From NCBI RefSeq assembly GCF_006345805.1, contig NW_021832419.1:1-60924 (forward strand): a DNA stretch of 60,924 nucleotides, in the 5' to 3' direction. Below the pieces are notes generated by a model. That model worked only from the letters and a program-made list of their open reading frames with translations. It was not told the DNA's origin and did not search any database. How positions within the stretch are numbered: position 1 is the stretch's first letter; each line of letters begins with the position of its first letter. The position numbers were made by a program, and so were the translations under genes. The stretch is from Octopus sinensis. Its lineage: Eukaryota. Below are positions 41,035-53,787 of the stretch, piece after piece.

Positions 41035-41727
41035 AGTGGTTAAGATATTCGTCCCACGATTGTCATGTTCGTGAGTTCGATTCCTAGGAGCGCGTTGTGC
41101 TGTTGAGCAAGACATTCTGTTTCACGTTGCTCCAATCCACTCACTTCTTTTACTTGTTTCAGTCAGTTGACTGTGGCCATGCTGGAGCACCACCTTTAGT
41201 CGAGCAAATCGACCCCCAGGACTTATTCTTTGTAAGCCTAGTATTTATTCTATCAATCTCTTTTGCCGAACCGATAAGTTACGGGGACGTAAACACACCA
41301 GCATTGGTTGTCAAGCGATATTGGGGCGGGGGACAAACACAGACACACAAACGACGGGCTTCTTTCAGTTTCCGTCTACCAAATCTACTCACAAGGTTTT
41401 GGTTGGCCCTAGGCTTTAGTAGAAGACGCTTGTCCAAGGTGCAACGCAGTGGGACTGAACCAGGAACCATGTGGTTGGTAAGCAAGCTACTTACCACACA
41501 GCCACTCCTACGCCTATAGGAGTGGCGCCTGGCAAAAATGAATGAGTCGTACCTGTATTTTAAAGGGCCAGCCTTGTCGCACTCTGTGTCACGCTGAATC
41601 TCCCCGAGAACTACTTGAAAAGTATGCGTGTCTGTGGAGCTCTCAGCCGCTTGCACGTTAATTTCACGACCAGGCTGTTCCGTTGATCGGATGAATTGAA
41701 ATATTCATCGTCGTAATCGATAGAGTG
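41035..41727 (+). mobile_element. SINE-C variant (different 3' tail) split by a SINE-A insertion
   Basis: CORE-like 'ttgagcaagacattctgtttcacgttgctccaatccactca' resumes as 'ctggcaaaaatg' after the insert. Confidence 0.75.
41144..41514 (-). mobile_element. SINE-A nested in SINE-C
   Basis: Full tail-to-head reverse complement; central microsatellite nearly absent. Confidence 0.9.
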
Positions 41728-42699
41728 CCTCTGTGCGTGTGTGTGTGTGTGTGTGTTGTGTGTGTGTGTGTATTTGTGCGTGTGTGCGTGCGTGCGTGTG
41801 TGTGTGTGTGAGTGTGTGAATTATATTGTTACAACGATCCCGGAAGGGCGAACAGCAGAATGAACTTCAGTGGGGTTCGAACTGAGAAAGTAATCTAACT
41901 AAATTCGCCAAAGCCTTTATTTAGTCCGGCATTCTATCAATATATTCACTCGATTTTTTTTCACCAATATATAAATTAATCAAGTGACATTCGTAAATTC
42001 TTACACATTTTCGGAAAAGAGGAAATGAGATTGTGTGACTTAATTCTTTTTCTAAGCGCATTAGTGGTGTAAGCGAAAACTACTTGGAAAGCGTATTACA
42101 GATACCGTTAATCAGAAGCTAATCTCTATGGTGTTCGCTCAGAGAACAGCTACAATGACGACAACGTATAACGGTAACAAATATACACTCGAATGTCTAT
42201 GCGGCTGTGTGTTTAAGAAGAAAAAAAAACGTCTGTTAAGAGACAGAGTGGAATGGTTTAAGATTTGAAGACTTCGCAGCAAGAAGTCTTACAGAAAATG
42301 TTCGTGACTGATATGCAGACTCATTTAATGCAGGAATTCCGCGAAGTTTTTCGTTAGAAATAAGGAAACTAGCTGTCTTTGATATCATTTCCATTATAAT
42401 GACATGAAGAATTTTAAGAATTTATGCAAAAATTACGCACGCGTGTATTATATGCGTCAATATAACTGATTGCATGCGTGTGTGTTAGTGTATTTGTGTG
42501 TGAGAGAGAGTGTGTGTGCGTGTGTGTATATGTGTGTTACAGTATTAAGTTTGTATGTGTATGAATATGTACGATTGTGTATAAGTGTGTATATGTTTAT
42601 ATATGTATAATGTACGTGAATGTGTATAAATAACTTTGTTTTTGTAAGCTTTTTTTGTATATGTTTCTAAGCTCGACCATAGTTTTTTTTTTTGGTTTC

Positions 42700-42964
42700 A
42701 GTTTTCTGGCACAAGGCCAGCAACTTTGGGGAGAGGATTAAGTCGATTACATCGACCCTCAGTATTCAACTAGTACTTATTTTATCACCCCCGAAAGGAT
42801 AAAAGGCAAACTCGACCTCAATGGAATTTGAACTCAGAACGTAAATACGTAAGAAATGCTGCTAAGCATTTTGCCCAGCCTGCAGACGATTCTGCCAGCA
42901 GACGACTCAGCAGACGATTCAGCAGACGATTCAGCCAGCCGACGATTCTGCCAACTCGCCGCCC
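42700..42964 (-). mobile_element. SINE-B short-tail monomer with internal 'cagacgattc' micro-duplications
   Basis: Core and head recognisable. Confidence 0.8.
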
Positions 42965-45153
42965 TACCCCAGTGTATTATTGACGGTTATTTTATTAATC
43001 TTTGTATGATGAAAAAGTTTAAAATGGTTGATCCTAACATAAAATTCTAAGGTTCAGGTCCCACCAGCTAAAATGAATAAAAATTCACCAGTTGTCAAAA
43101 ATCTTAAAGTTTCAACAATTTTGTTTCTACAAGGACGAGCAGTCAAGTGATTTACAGCTGTGAGTTATTTGTCTAGAGGAACATACTGATACATTGGATA
43201 ACAGAACAGATGTTTTCTCCAGAAATAAAACTCAATGTACTTATTGTATACATCTCCATTCCCTTTCCACTCTTCAAATACCTTGCCGTATACACACGGC
43301 TTTGACGCAATCTTTTGTGCTACTGGGAAAAATTAAAATTTATTTAAAGGGAAAAATTTGACAAGTCAGTCAATCACCGGCTGACACTCGCTGACGATAC
43401 ATCGAAGAGGCCAGGGAACAGAAGAAAGAAGAAGAAAGAAGACATGCACCCAACACCAGGGCTGAAGACACCTCCGAAAGGGGGGGAACGCCACGTCAAA
43501 ACGGTAGAGGAGTAGGGGCCGAAACCGGACGTGGTTCCTCCTGATGATGTCTTGAGCTAACTGGATCCTATAAAGGAGTTGTTGTGGTAGCAGACCACGA
43601 AACACGGTTGTAATTCCTGAATCGTCGTATAACTCACAGGAATGACTTTCTCATTGACACTCAAATATTTTTCCGAAAAAAAAAAAATGAGCTTTTCTCA
43701 ACGAGCAGATTTAAATATTGTACTACGACTTAGTAACAGAATCTGCAATTTTATATGGATTCCGCTTCTAACAGAGGTGGTGTATTCAGGCTGCCCTGTG
43801 GTGCCAATCTGGGGCTTCGTGTATTTTTCTTTGCCTTAAGTTCCTCGGTCATAAGTGCAACGAAGTACCATTGACTAGATACGTACCTAAGACCTTTGGC
43901 AATTGTTCGCCAGGAGCTTGCCGACTAAGTCAGCCATACTTCCACTACCCTTAAAACCCGAATTAAATCCTTTTTCTCTCTGTATAGTGTATAGATATGG
44001 TTTTGGAACACAGATTTTAAATATCTCAAAATGTTCCAATACTAAACATAAACTCGCATTAACAATATAATGTATGAAGAAAACCAAAGTTTCTTTATTA
44101 ATAATGAATTGCTAGCTTGCTAGTTTGAGAAATATCTTCAAATGACCAACGTAATTTAGAAATTTAATTGCAAACACGACAGATATTATGTTTATGGATC
44201 CAAATGCTATATTAAATACATTAGGAAATGTTTTATCGTAAAGGCTATATACACACTTGAAAGATAAAGCTATTTGTAACACATTAAAAATATATTAAAG
44301 CGAAAAGCTAAGTGGATAAAACAAATAAAAATACTTTAGAACAACACCACTCTTACAAAAACGGATGTCTTATTTATAAAATCGATTTTACTAACTGTAT
44401 GCCAAAATCTTACATACAATTACTACATTCAGACTATTACATTTAGATTATCACGTTTAGATAGTATCGCTAAATTCTGACACTAATAATCGAAAGTTTT
44501 AAATCCAGAAGCAGCCAATGAAATGCAAAAGATATTATCAGCCAATACCCTCTTCGATTAAAGTCAAAAGCTGCAACAACGTGATGTATGATGGAATGGC
44601 AGAGTACCAACGCTCCGTTTCATAATATAAACCGTTCATGAGAGAGAACAATTAATAGTCAACACTGTTATAAAAGACAAATACTATAAAACGAAATATG
44701 AAGAAAGTAAGAACTGAATATAGTCTTGCTTTCTGATTATACACGTTTAAAAGGGACGCATTTTTCAGTAATACTTTCTATAAATTAATAGATATTTTCA
44801 ATTAGTCTAAAGAGTAGAACATACATACACACATACATACATACATACATACATACATACATACATACATACATACATACTGTTGTGGAAGGATTCCGTC
44901 AAGTGACTAAAGGTGGACTGTCTCATTGTAAATAAGTAAAGAACTGTGAGCAACTGGCAGTTCGGGTTGGTAGGCAGTTCATTGTGAGCCGTGATTGAGA
45001 GCGATAAGTCTCGTATAATAGTAGTGTGTTATGCAAATACTTTCTTTTCCTCCTGCTTCGTTAAATTATATAAGCAAATACAAGGATATAAAACATACAT
45101 AGTTGCATGTATATATATATATCTATGCTTGTATGTGTGTGTGAGCGTTAGTA

Positions 45154-45258
45154 CGAGAGGTGTATGAAAAGTCTTGAGCCTCGAAAAAGCAAAACATAGT
45201 AAAGACTTCTGATGAAGATACACGTCTTCAAGGCTCAAAACTTTTCATACACCCCGCG
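45154..45258. mobile_element. 105-bp mariner-type MITE (second copy)
   Basis: TA|cgagaggtgtatgaaaagtcttgagcct...aggctcaaaacttttcatacaccccgcg|TA. Confidence 0.9.
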
Positions 45259-45264
45259 TATATA

Positions 45265-45460
45265 GCTGCGAGGTAGCAGAATCGTAAGCACGTCGGACAA
45301 AATGCATAGTGGAATTTCTTCGGGCTTTTTACCTTCTGAGTTCAATTCCTGCCGAAGTCAGCTTTGCTTTTCATTCTTTCGGAGTCGATAAAATAAAGTA
45401 CATGACAAGTACTAGGGTCAATGTAATCGACATGTCCCCTTCCCTAAAAAATTACTGGGT
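45265..45460 (+). mobile_element. Diverged SINE-B
   Basis: A box, B box and core present. Confidence 0.75.
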
Positions 45461-45578
45461 CTTGAACACTGCAACGGACCGGCGTCCTGTTAGGGGTGAG
45501 TTGTGATCTCAGTTACTCATGGAAACCAGGCAACTAACCTTATAAGTCTTTGGGCTCAACAAAAATTTATATATATAT

Positions 45579-45614
<36 letters not shown>

Positions 45615-45616
<2 letters not shown>

Positions 45617-45853
45617 AGGCGCGTGGATTAGTGGTTAGGGTGTCAGCATCATGATCGTAAGATTGTTGTTTCAATTCCTGGACCGGGCGACGCGTTTTGT
45701 TCTTGAGCAAAACAATTAATTTCACGTTGCTCCAGCCCACTCAGCTGGCAAAAGTGAGTAACGCTGCGATGGACTGGCGTCCGATCCAGGTGGGGAACAC
45801 ATACGCCATGGAAACCGGGCCCATGAGCCTGGCTAGGCTTTAAAAGGGCGCAT
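45615..45853 (+). mobile_element. SINE-C, full length
   Basis: ggaggcgcgtggattagtggttaggg...ttcttgagcaaaac...ctgcgatggactggcgtccgatccagg...gctttaaaagggcgcat. Confidence 0.88.
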
Positions 45854-45866
45854 ATATATATATGTG

Positions 45867-46068
45867 TTAGAAGAAATGAGGTACTCAGAAGATCGGATGG
45901 TTTATATTTACAGATATTTATTTGTATATTACATTTTTTATATATCATATAACTTAGATCATTTATTAGTGCTTTCTCCCATTCTAGTGGGGTTTTCAAA
46001 TCAAACTAAGTTCCTGTGTATCTGTAAATATGAACCATCCGATCTTCTGAGTACCTCATTTCTTCTAA
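45867..46068. mobile_element. Foldback/MITE-like element with 50-bp inverted repeats in TA-rich flanks
   Basis: 45867-45916 is the reverse complement of 46019-46068 with one mismatch. Confidence 0.8.
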
Positions 46069-46329
46069 TATATAATACCTGTACATCATCTCCAAACCTT
46101 CAAATATAAATATATATATATACACACATACATATATACATATATATATGTGTGTATGCGTGTGTATGACTTACAGACATTTATATATATGTGCGTGATT
46201 GTGTATGTGTGTATCAATTATAGATATACTATCTTACTCTATTAAATCTTACTACAATTTACACAAATTTGAACAAATTGTGCCGCTATCTTATTTAAAA
46301 TAACACGTTACTATTTAATAAACATACAT

Positions 46330-46872
46330 AGGCACTGTGGTAAGAAGCCTGCTTCCCAACCATTTGGTTCCGGGTTTAGTCTCACTGCGTGGCACCTTGG
46401 GCAAGTCTATTCTACTATAGCCGCAGGCAGACCAAAGCCTTGTCAGTGGATTTGGTAAACAGAAACTAAAATACGTCTGTTGTATATATATATATATATA
46501 TTATATATATATACTTTATTTAAAAGCAGCAGAAATTCAACAAACTTGTTACTCGGAGCTTCACGTTCCCGTTCGTCGGACACGGGAACGTGAAACTCCG
46601 AGTAACAGGTTTTGTTGAATTTCTTCTGCTTTTAAATAAAGCATATTACTCTACCCCTGGTATTTAAGTACTCTCTTTTCCACCTTGTTTCACATTAATG
46701 TGTTTACTCCGGTATATATATATATATATATATATATACAATATGTTACATTACTCGGTGTCTTTGTCTTTGTGTTTGTCCCGCCACCATCACTTGACAA
46801 CCGATGTTGGTATGTTTACGTTCTTTAAGGCCATAGTCAGATGAATGAAACGTGTACGAGAATAAAAGAATA
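46330..46872 (+). mobile_element. Diverged SINE-A carrying a PLE palindrome in its central (TA)n
   Basis: Head at 46330-46482, tail at 46760-46872. Confidence 0.75.
46512..46712. mobile_element. PLE-type palindrome with variant hammerhead (46547-46582, -)
   Basis: About 60-bp inverted arms; minus strand reads tgt-CCGACGA-acgggaacgt-GAAGC-tccga-GTA-aca; right arm keeps GAAAC. Confidence 0.65.
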
Positions 46873-47537
46873 CAGTCCTTCTTTTCTAGTACTTTCTATT
46901 GTTTGTCTGTCGTTTTGATTACAATGGTGGTGTTGGTACAGGCTGTGGCGGTGAAATTGGTTGAAACAGAAATGTCATGTATATATATTAGACTATACAC
47001 TATTATGTAACTGCCAATGGTAGATATATCGTTTTTGTTTACAATCCTTCGCTTAAATAACAATGTCTGTGTAACATTAGATTTATTTACATTCAGCGTA
47101 AGCAAACTATCTCCGACCGAGAACTGAAACCGAGTTGCGGTTTCGGATCTCTTCTCTCTGACGTCCATCATTGCCCAAAATATTTATCGTAAACATGCCT
47201 CATCCATTGTACATTCTTTGTATGTGTTTGTGTGTGTGTGTGAAAGAGTGAGAGAGAGAGAGAGAGAGAGTGGGAGGAGGTATGTAGTGAGAAAGAAAAG
47301 AGAAGGCTAGAGAAAGAAGTGTTCCTCTTGGACAGGCTCGATGTTAGACTGACAGCAAAATGGCGGCACAGTAAAGGTGAGGAGCAGGGAGTTTGGCACG
47401 AAATAGACGGGTTGCGGTTACACATCTGACAGGGCGGAAATAAACAGAATGGGTTCGCGAAAATGAGACAGGAGCAGAGTGAAGGCGGGGATTCTTTCAG
47501 CGCTTTCTTTTATCATCCTCATTTTCATCCTCGTCGC

Positions 47538-47568
47538 TACCACCACCGCCATTATTATCACTATTATT

Positions 47569-47627
<59 letters not shown>

Positions 47628-47647
47628 TATTATTATTATCATTATTA

Positions 47648-47682
<35 letters not shown>

Positions 47683-47996
47683 GTTATTATTATTATTGCT
47701 GTTGTTGTTATTGTCGTTGTCGTTGTTGTTGTTGTTGTCATTAATCCTTTGTTTGTTTTATGTATTATTTCACGCTTTCTTAGCCAGATTTCTCAACAAA
47801 AGATGTTTTTAAAAGGACAAAATAATAAAATGGAAATAAAAACAAAACGAAACTACGAAAAAAAAAAAGAAAAAAGACAAAAAAGTCCATCACCAGTCAC
47901 CCAAGCATGGTATTGTGTGTAACCTAATACATCTTCCACAATAACGTCATCATCCTTGTTATCATTATCATCACCACCACCACCACCACCACCAAT

Positions 47997-48040
<44 letters not shown>

Positions 48041-48420
48041 TATCATCGTCATCACTGTCGTCGTCAGTATAATCACATTATCATCAGTAACATTACCAGC
48101 ATCTTCAACATCATTAAGTTCATCATCAAAGTATCATTACCATCAGTGTACCATCTTCACTACTATCGCCACAAGCGTCGCTAACACCATCAACACAAAC
48201 CACCACCACCACCACCACCACCACCACCACCACCACCACCACCACCATCACCACCAACACCAACACTATCACCATCATCCCACCTCATAGACACATCTCC
48301 TCACCATATGTTTTAGGTAATAATAATAATAATAGTAATAACAACAACAATAATGATGACGACGACGATGATGATGATGATGATGATGATGAGATGATGA
48401 TGATGATGATGATGATGATA
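47538..48420. repeat. Compound (CAT)n/(TAT)n/(TGT)n/(CAC)n/(GAT)n trinucleotide region
   Basis: Direct reading. Confidence 0.9.
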
Positions 48421-48501
48421 ATGTCGTTTTGAGTGGATTCTCATCACCCCCACCTCTCATGTTAGAGAAAGAAAATAAAAGAGAAAACAAAAGCATGTGT
48501 G

Positions 48502-48536
<35 letters not shown>

Positions 48537-49029
48537 CACACACACACACAAATTCGTCTGCGACAATTTCATAGAGTTGTTGCTAAGTTCGAGCTTCGTG
48601 ACATGGAACAGATGAGAAACAATCCATCTCACCGATAGGACGCCAATCATATATAGTCGGTTACATACCCTGAAAAATGCACTCGTGCCGGGTGTGTACG
48701 AGTTCTTGTTAATGACATTTGAATTGAATGATCAATATTGATGCCGTCAAATTCCACCGAGGTCAGTTTCACCTTTCATCCTTTTTTTTGGGGGGGGGTC
48801 GATAAAAGAAGTACCAGTTGAACACTGGAGTCGGTGTAAGCGACTTAGCCACTTTCTCAAGCTGTGCCAACATTTGAAACCAATACTTATGCCGTCAAAC
48901 ACATGGAATTTTCCATCTATCCAGCCAGCCTACCGGCCGTCCGTCCGTCTGTCCGTCCGTGCGTACGTATGTATGTACGAATGTACATATGACATCTATG
49001 GACCACTGATAAAGAGTTTGCAAATCCAG

Positions 49030-49760
49030 CACCCAAGGTACACATTTAGTTTCATACGTGTTTCGCAGGAGAAAGGTACCAAACCGCCAAGAGGAAAGTA
49101 TGCCTAATAGTGGGATCTTGAGGAGAGAATGAAACTCCTTACTACAGTATAGTCTCTATATTTAAGAGATGAAGAATTATGTACATTATTTACATTATTT
49201 ATATTCGACGGATATTTGTCCTCATCTTGTTTGTTGTTAACACAACGTTTCGGCTGATATACCCTCCAGCCTTCTTCAGGTATCTTGGGGAAATTTCGAA
49301 CCTAGGTTCTCATTCCTAAAGTATATATATATATATATATATAAAAAAAACACACCTTAGGAATGAGAACCCAGGTTCGAAATTTCCCCAAGACATCTGA
49401 AGAAGGCTGGAGGGTATATCAGCCGAAACGTTGTGTTAACAACAAACAAGATGAGGACAAATATCCGTCGAATGTAAATAATGTAAATAATGAAACTCCT
49501 TACTTCATACACTACAAATGACCGAGATATCTGGGATAATAAAAATAGAAGCAGCACACAAATTCAAAGTCAAAAAATACGTCAGTCTAGCCTGTGTGAA
49601 GCCAAATTCCGGATCAAGGTACTCGCCAAGATATTGGAGCCAGAGATTTTGTGGACATATCTCTGGGAAAAACCGGACCAAAGCCCTAAAGGCAGTATTA
49701 CAGAATCAGCGACATCAGAGAGGTGTTCTACCTGGATCTGGTCGAGGAGGAACAGAAACG
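49030..49760 (+). pseudogene. Decayed restriction-like endonuclease (RLE) C-terminus of a Hero/NeSL/R2-group non-LTR retrotransposon, split by a PLE insertion
   Basis: Across frameshifts: 'TTNDRDI', 'IEAAHKFKVKKYVSLA', 'DIGARDFV', 'RTKALKA', 'SERCSTWIWSRRN', matching RPDI / EAHxxKxxKY / EVGxRGF / AExxSxWxWxxR. Confidence 0.7.
49144..49488. mobile_element. PLE-derived inverted-repeat insertion with two hammerheads and 16-bp TSD
   Basis: TSD aatgaaactccttact at 49128-49143 and 49489-49504; arms of about 130 bp; each arm has CTGAAGA-aggctg..cagcc-GAAAC-GTT-gtgtt. Confidence 0.85.
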
Positions 49761-49821
49761 GCCTCCATATCGTTTGAAGACTATATGTTTTATTCAAATA
49801 GCAAGGGAAGTCCATCGTGCA

Positions 49822-50236
49822 GGCGCAGGAGTGGCTGTGTGGTAAGTAGCTTGCTAACCAACTACATGGTTTCGGGTTCAGTCCCACTGCGTGGCACCTT
49901 GGGCAAGTGTCTTCTGCTATAGCCTCGGGCCGACCAATGCCTTGTGAGCGGATTTGGTAGACGGAAACTGAAAGAAGCCTGTCGTATATATGTATATATA
50001 TATGTATGTGAGTGCATGTTTGCGTGTCTGTGTTTGTCCCCTTAGCATTGCTTGACAACCGATGCTGGTGTGTTTACGTCCCCGTTACTTAGCGGTTCGG
50101 CAAAAGAGACCGATAGAATAAGTACTGGGCTTACAAAGAATAAGTCCCGGGGTCGATTTGCTCGACTAAAGGCTGTGCTCCAGCATGGCCGCAGTCAAAT
50201 GACTGAAACAAGTAAGAGAGTAAAAGAGTAAAAGAG
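49822..50236 (+). mobile_element. SINE-A, full length, young
   Basis: Complete head, centre and (GTAAAAGA)n tail. Confidence 0.93.
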
Positions 50237-51009
50237 AAGTAACTCTGAGTGAGTCATTGTGGTAGAGTTGACGTTTCACCGCTAACATGACAACCAGCGT
50301 TATTTCTTCATGAGGTATAATTTTAAAAACATAGTCAACAGAGAGGATTTCCAACTACATGAGATCTCCAAGTGCTTTAAATATACAAGTCTCCGACATA
50401 GAAGTGGCTCGAAAGTGCCAACCGAAGGACACCTAGAAGTCATGGCCACGTTGTGGATGGGCCCCTTTAGTGTGTAAAATGTTAAGGGCCGAAACACTCA
50501 CCGGGAGATGGGGGCTGTTTCTTCCCAGAAGACCAGCTGATCAATTCTTTTGAGAGTTTCTTATCATCAGATATTTGGTGGTAATGCATGCATACATATA
50601 CGCATACATACACACTTACACATACATATATATACTTAAACACATACGTACACATACGCACACACGCACATACGTACGTATGTATATATGTATGTATGTA
50701 TGTATGTTATGTATGTATGTATGTATTTATGTATGTATGTTGACTTCCGTTTTTAATTGTTTGAAGTCTTTTCTATTTGGAAAGAGCTGGTTTCTAACAA
50801 AGATGCAAAGTACCGTGATTTAGAATGTAGATAATAAAAACAGTGTCACATTTTGAACTTGAGAAAAGTCTTGCATATTTTTACTGTTCCGCTTACAGAC
50901 TATATATGTAGTGTGTGCGCTCGCTGGTTTGATTTCTGTTTTTGAAAACCACAGCTCCTTCGCTTTATCCTTTACTCACAAAACTAAGTGCACAAATTAT
51001 ACGTACGTA

Positions 51010-51516
51010 CGTATGTATGTATGTATGTATGTATGTATGTATGTATGTATGTATGTATGTATGTATGTATGTATGTATGCATGCATGCATGTATGTATGT
51101 ATGTATGTATGTATGTATGTATGTTATTATTCAGTTCTATTTCAAAATTTCATGATAACAAAGAGATGGTTTTAAACCAAGATCAAAGGTTCCTTCATTG
51201 GAATTTCAACATTAACAGGGTATGCATGCATGCATGTATGTATGTATGTATGTATGTATGTATGTATGTATGTATGTATGTATGTATGTATGTATATATG
51301 TATGCATGCATGCATGTATGTATGTATGTATGTATGTATGTATGTATCTATGTATGTATGTATGTATGCATGTATATATGTATGTATGTATGTATGTATA
51401 TATGTATGTATGTATGTATGTATGAATGTATGCATGTATGTATGTATGTATGTATGCATGCATGTATGTATGTATGTATGTATGTATGTATCTATGTATA
51501 TATGTATGTATGCATG

Positions 51517-51550
<34 letters not shown>

Positions 51551-51556
51551 TGCATG

Positions 51557-51590
<34 letters not shown>

Positions 51591-51736
51591 TGTATGTATG
51601 TATGTATGTATATATGTATGTATGTATGTATGTATGAATGTATGTATGTATGTATGTATGTATGTATGTATGCATGCATGCATGTATGTATGTATGTATG
51701 TATGTATGTATCTATGTATATATGTATGTATGCATG

Positions 51737-51768
<32 letters not shown>

Positions 51769-52205
51769 CATGCATGCATGCATGTATGTATGTATGTATG
51801 TATGTATGTATGTATGTATGTATGTATGTATGCATGCATGCATGTATGTATGTATGTATGTATGTATGTATGTATGTATGTATGTATGTGTGCATGTATG
51901 TGTGTATGTATGTATGTATGTATGTATGTATGTATCTATGTATGTATGTATGTATGTATGCATGTATATATGTATGTATGCATGTATGTATGTATGCATG
52001 TATGTATGTATGAATGTATGCATGTATGAATGTATGTATGTATGTATGAATGTATGTATATATGCATGTATGCATGTGTGTATGTATGTTTGTATGCATG
52101 TATATATGTATATATGTATTATGTATGTATGTATGTATGTGCGTGTGCGTACGTGCGTGTGTATGTGTCTGTATATATATATATATGCATGCATGTATGT
52201 ATGTA
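51010..52205. repeat. (TATG)n array with CATG/TATA variants
   Basis: Direct reading; short unique spacer at 51125-51220. Confidence 0.97.
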
Positions 52206-52637
52206 TTTGTGTTTGTGTGTGTGTTGCAGTTTCAGAATGGTTACCTGTTACTTGTAAAAACAAAAGAAACATTACAATGCGAATAAGCAGTTGAACCGAC
52301 GCATGGTGACTCAATTTCACATTAGCTGTCCCAGGTGCCACGAAAAGGCACCACCCAACCGCGGAAGTAACTCATTAACAGACACTCTAAACCTCCTACG
52401 AGATGAACAAGAATACTTTGAATATAACAAACATTTATAATGCAAATAGAACTATTTTGGCAGCGAGGCGATGGCACCGCTGGAAGACATAATGAATTTA
52501 TGAAGACGTACATATTTGCATGCACACATATACGTATGGAGGCATACATGCAGACTAGTAGCAACAAAAGCGGTGGCACGTTGGTTGATATATGCATATA
52601 CATATTCTACACTTATGCACACATACATTAGCACGCA

Positions 52638-52672
<35 letters not shown>

Positions 52673-52866
52673 CAAACTCATACACTCACATACGCACATA
52701 CATGTGCGTATGTGTATATCTGTGTTTGGTTTTTGTGTTAGTACGAATGTGCTATGAATGAATATACATCTCTTTTATCTTTCTCCATCACTCTCTCTCT
52801 CTCTCTCTTTATATATACGTGCACGTGTGCGCCTATGTGGAGGTATATGTGTGTGGTGTATATACG

Positions 52867-52913
<47 letters not shown>

Positions 52914-53169
52914 GTATATATTTGTATGTATGCGTGTGGTGTGTGTATGAATGTGTGTATATATATATATAGCGAGAGACTGACAGGGAGAGAGAGAGAG
53001 AGGGGATAAGAGCAAGAAAGGGAAAGAGAGAAAGGGTGAGAGGTTATATATGTGGTTATAGGTTCGTGTATATGTATATATATATATATATACATACATA
53101 CATACATACACACACACATATATATATATAGATAACAATAATGATAACAATAATGATAATAATAATGAT

Positions 53170-53234
<65 letters not shown>

Positions 53235-53459
53235 TAATATACACTTGCATACTTCTATACACTCACACGCTTTTATATATAATATCGATACATATATACG
53301 TTAATATACACATCCAGTAATTACATATATTTAAATGTCTGTGCCTGTGTGCCTGTGTGAGTGAATATATATATATATGTGTGTGTATGTGTGTGTGTGT
53401 GTGTGTGTGTGAATATCGTTTATACTCAAACGTTCCTACTCACATACACACACACACAC

Positions 53460-53490
<31 letters not shown>

Positions 53491-53751
53491 TATATATATA
53501 TATATGCTAATATACATACGTGTGACGTTGAGCGTCGGTTTGGTGGTGGCGTAGAATGATGGCAAAAAAAAAAAGCCGAGGTAGGGGTGAGAGCAGCCAA
53601 ATGGACAAATTCAGATCACACATCCGTTTCTAACAGAACTCATAAATTATTCACATTGCTTTGATTTACAGTCCAGGTAGGTTCTCTATATGACTAGTTC
53701 AGCCAGCCTACCTACTCTTTGATCAGCAAGACACACACCAGTACACACACA

Positions 53752-53787
<36 letters not shown>

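Noticed and set aside
45205-45232. CTGATGA inside the 105-bp MITE
   Set aside because: No downstream GAAA or stem III
50911-52341. Long MYVC/HTYI ORFs (also at 12441-14122)
   Set aside because: Stop-free translations of (TATG)n
53655-53685. 5-nt micro-exon ttacAG|tccag|GTAGGT
   Set aside because: Weak pyrimidine tract; expected by chance in 60 kb
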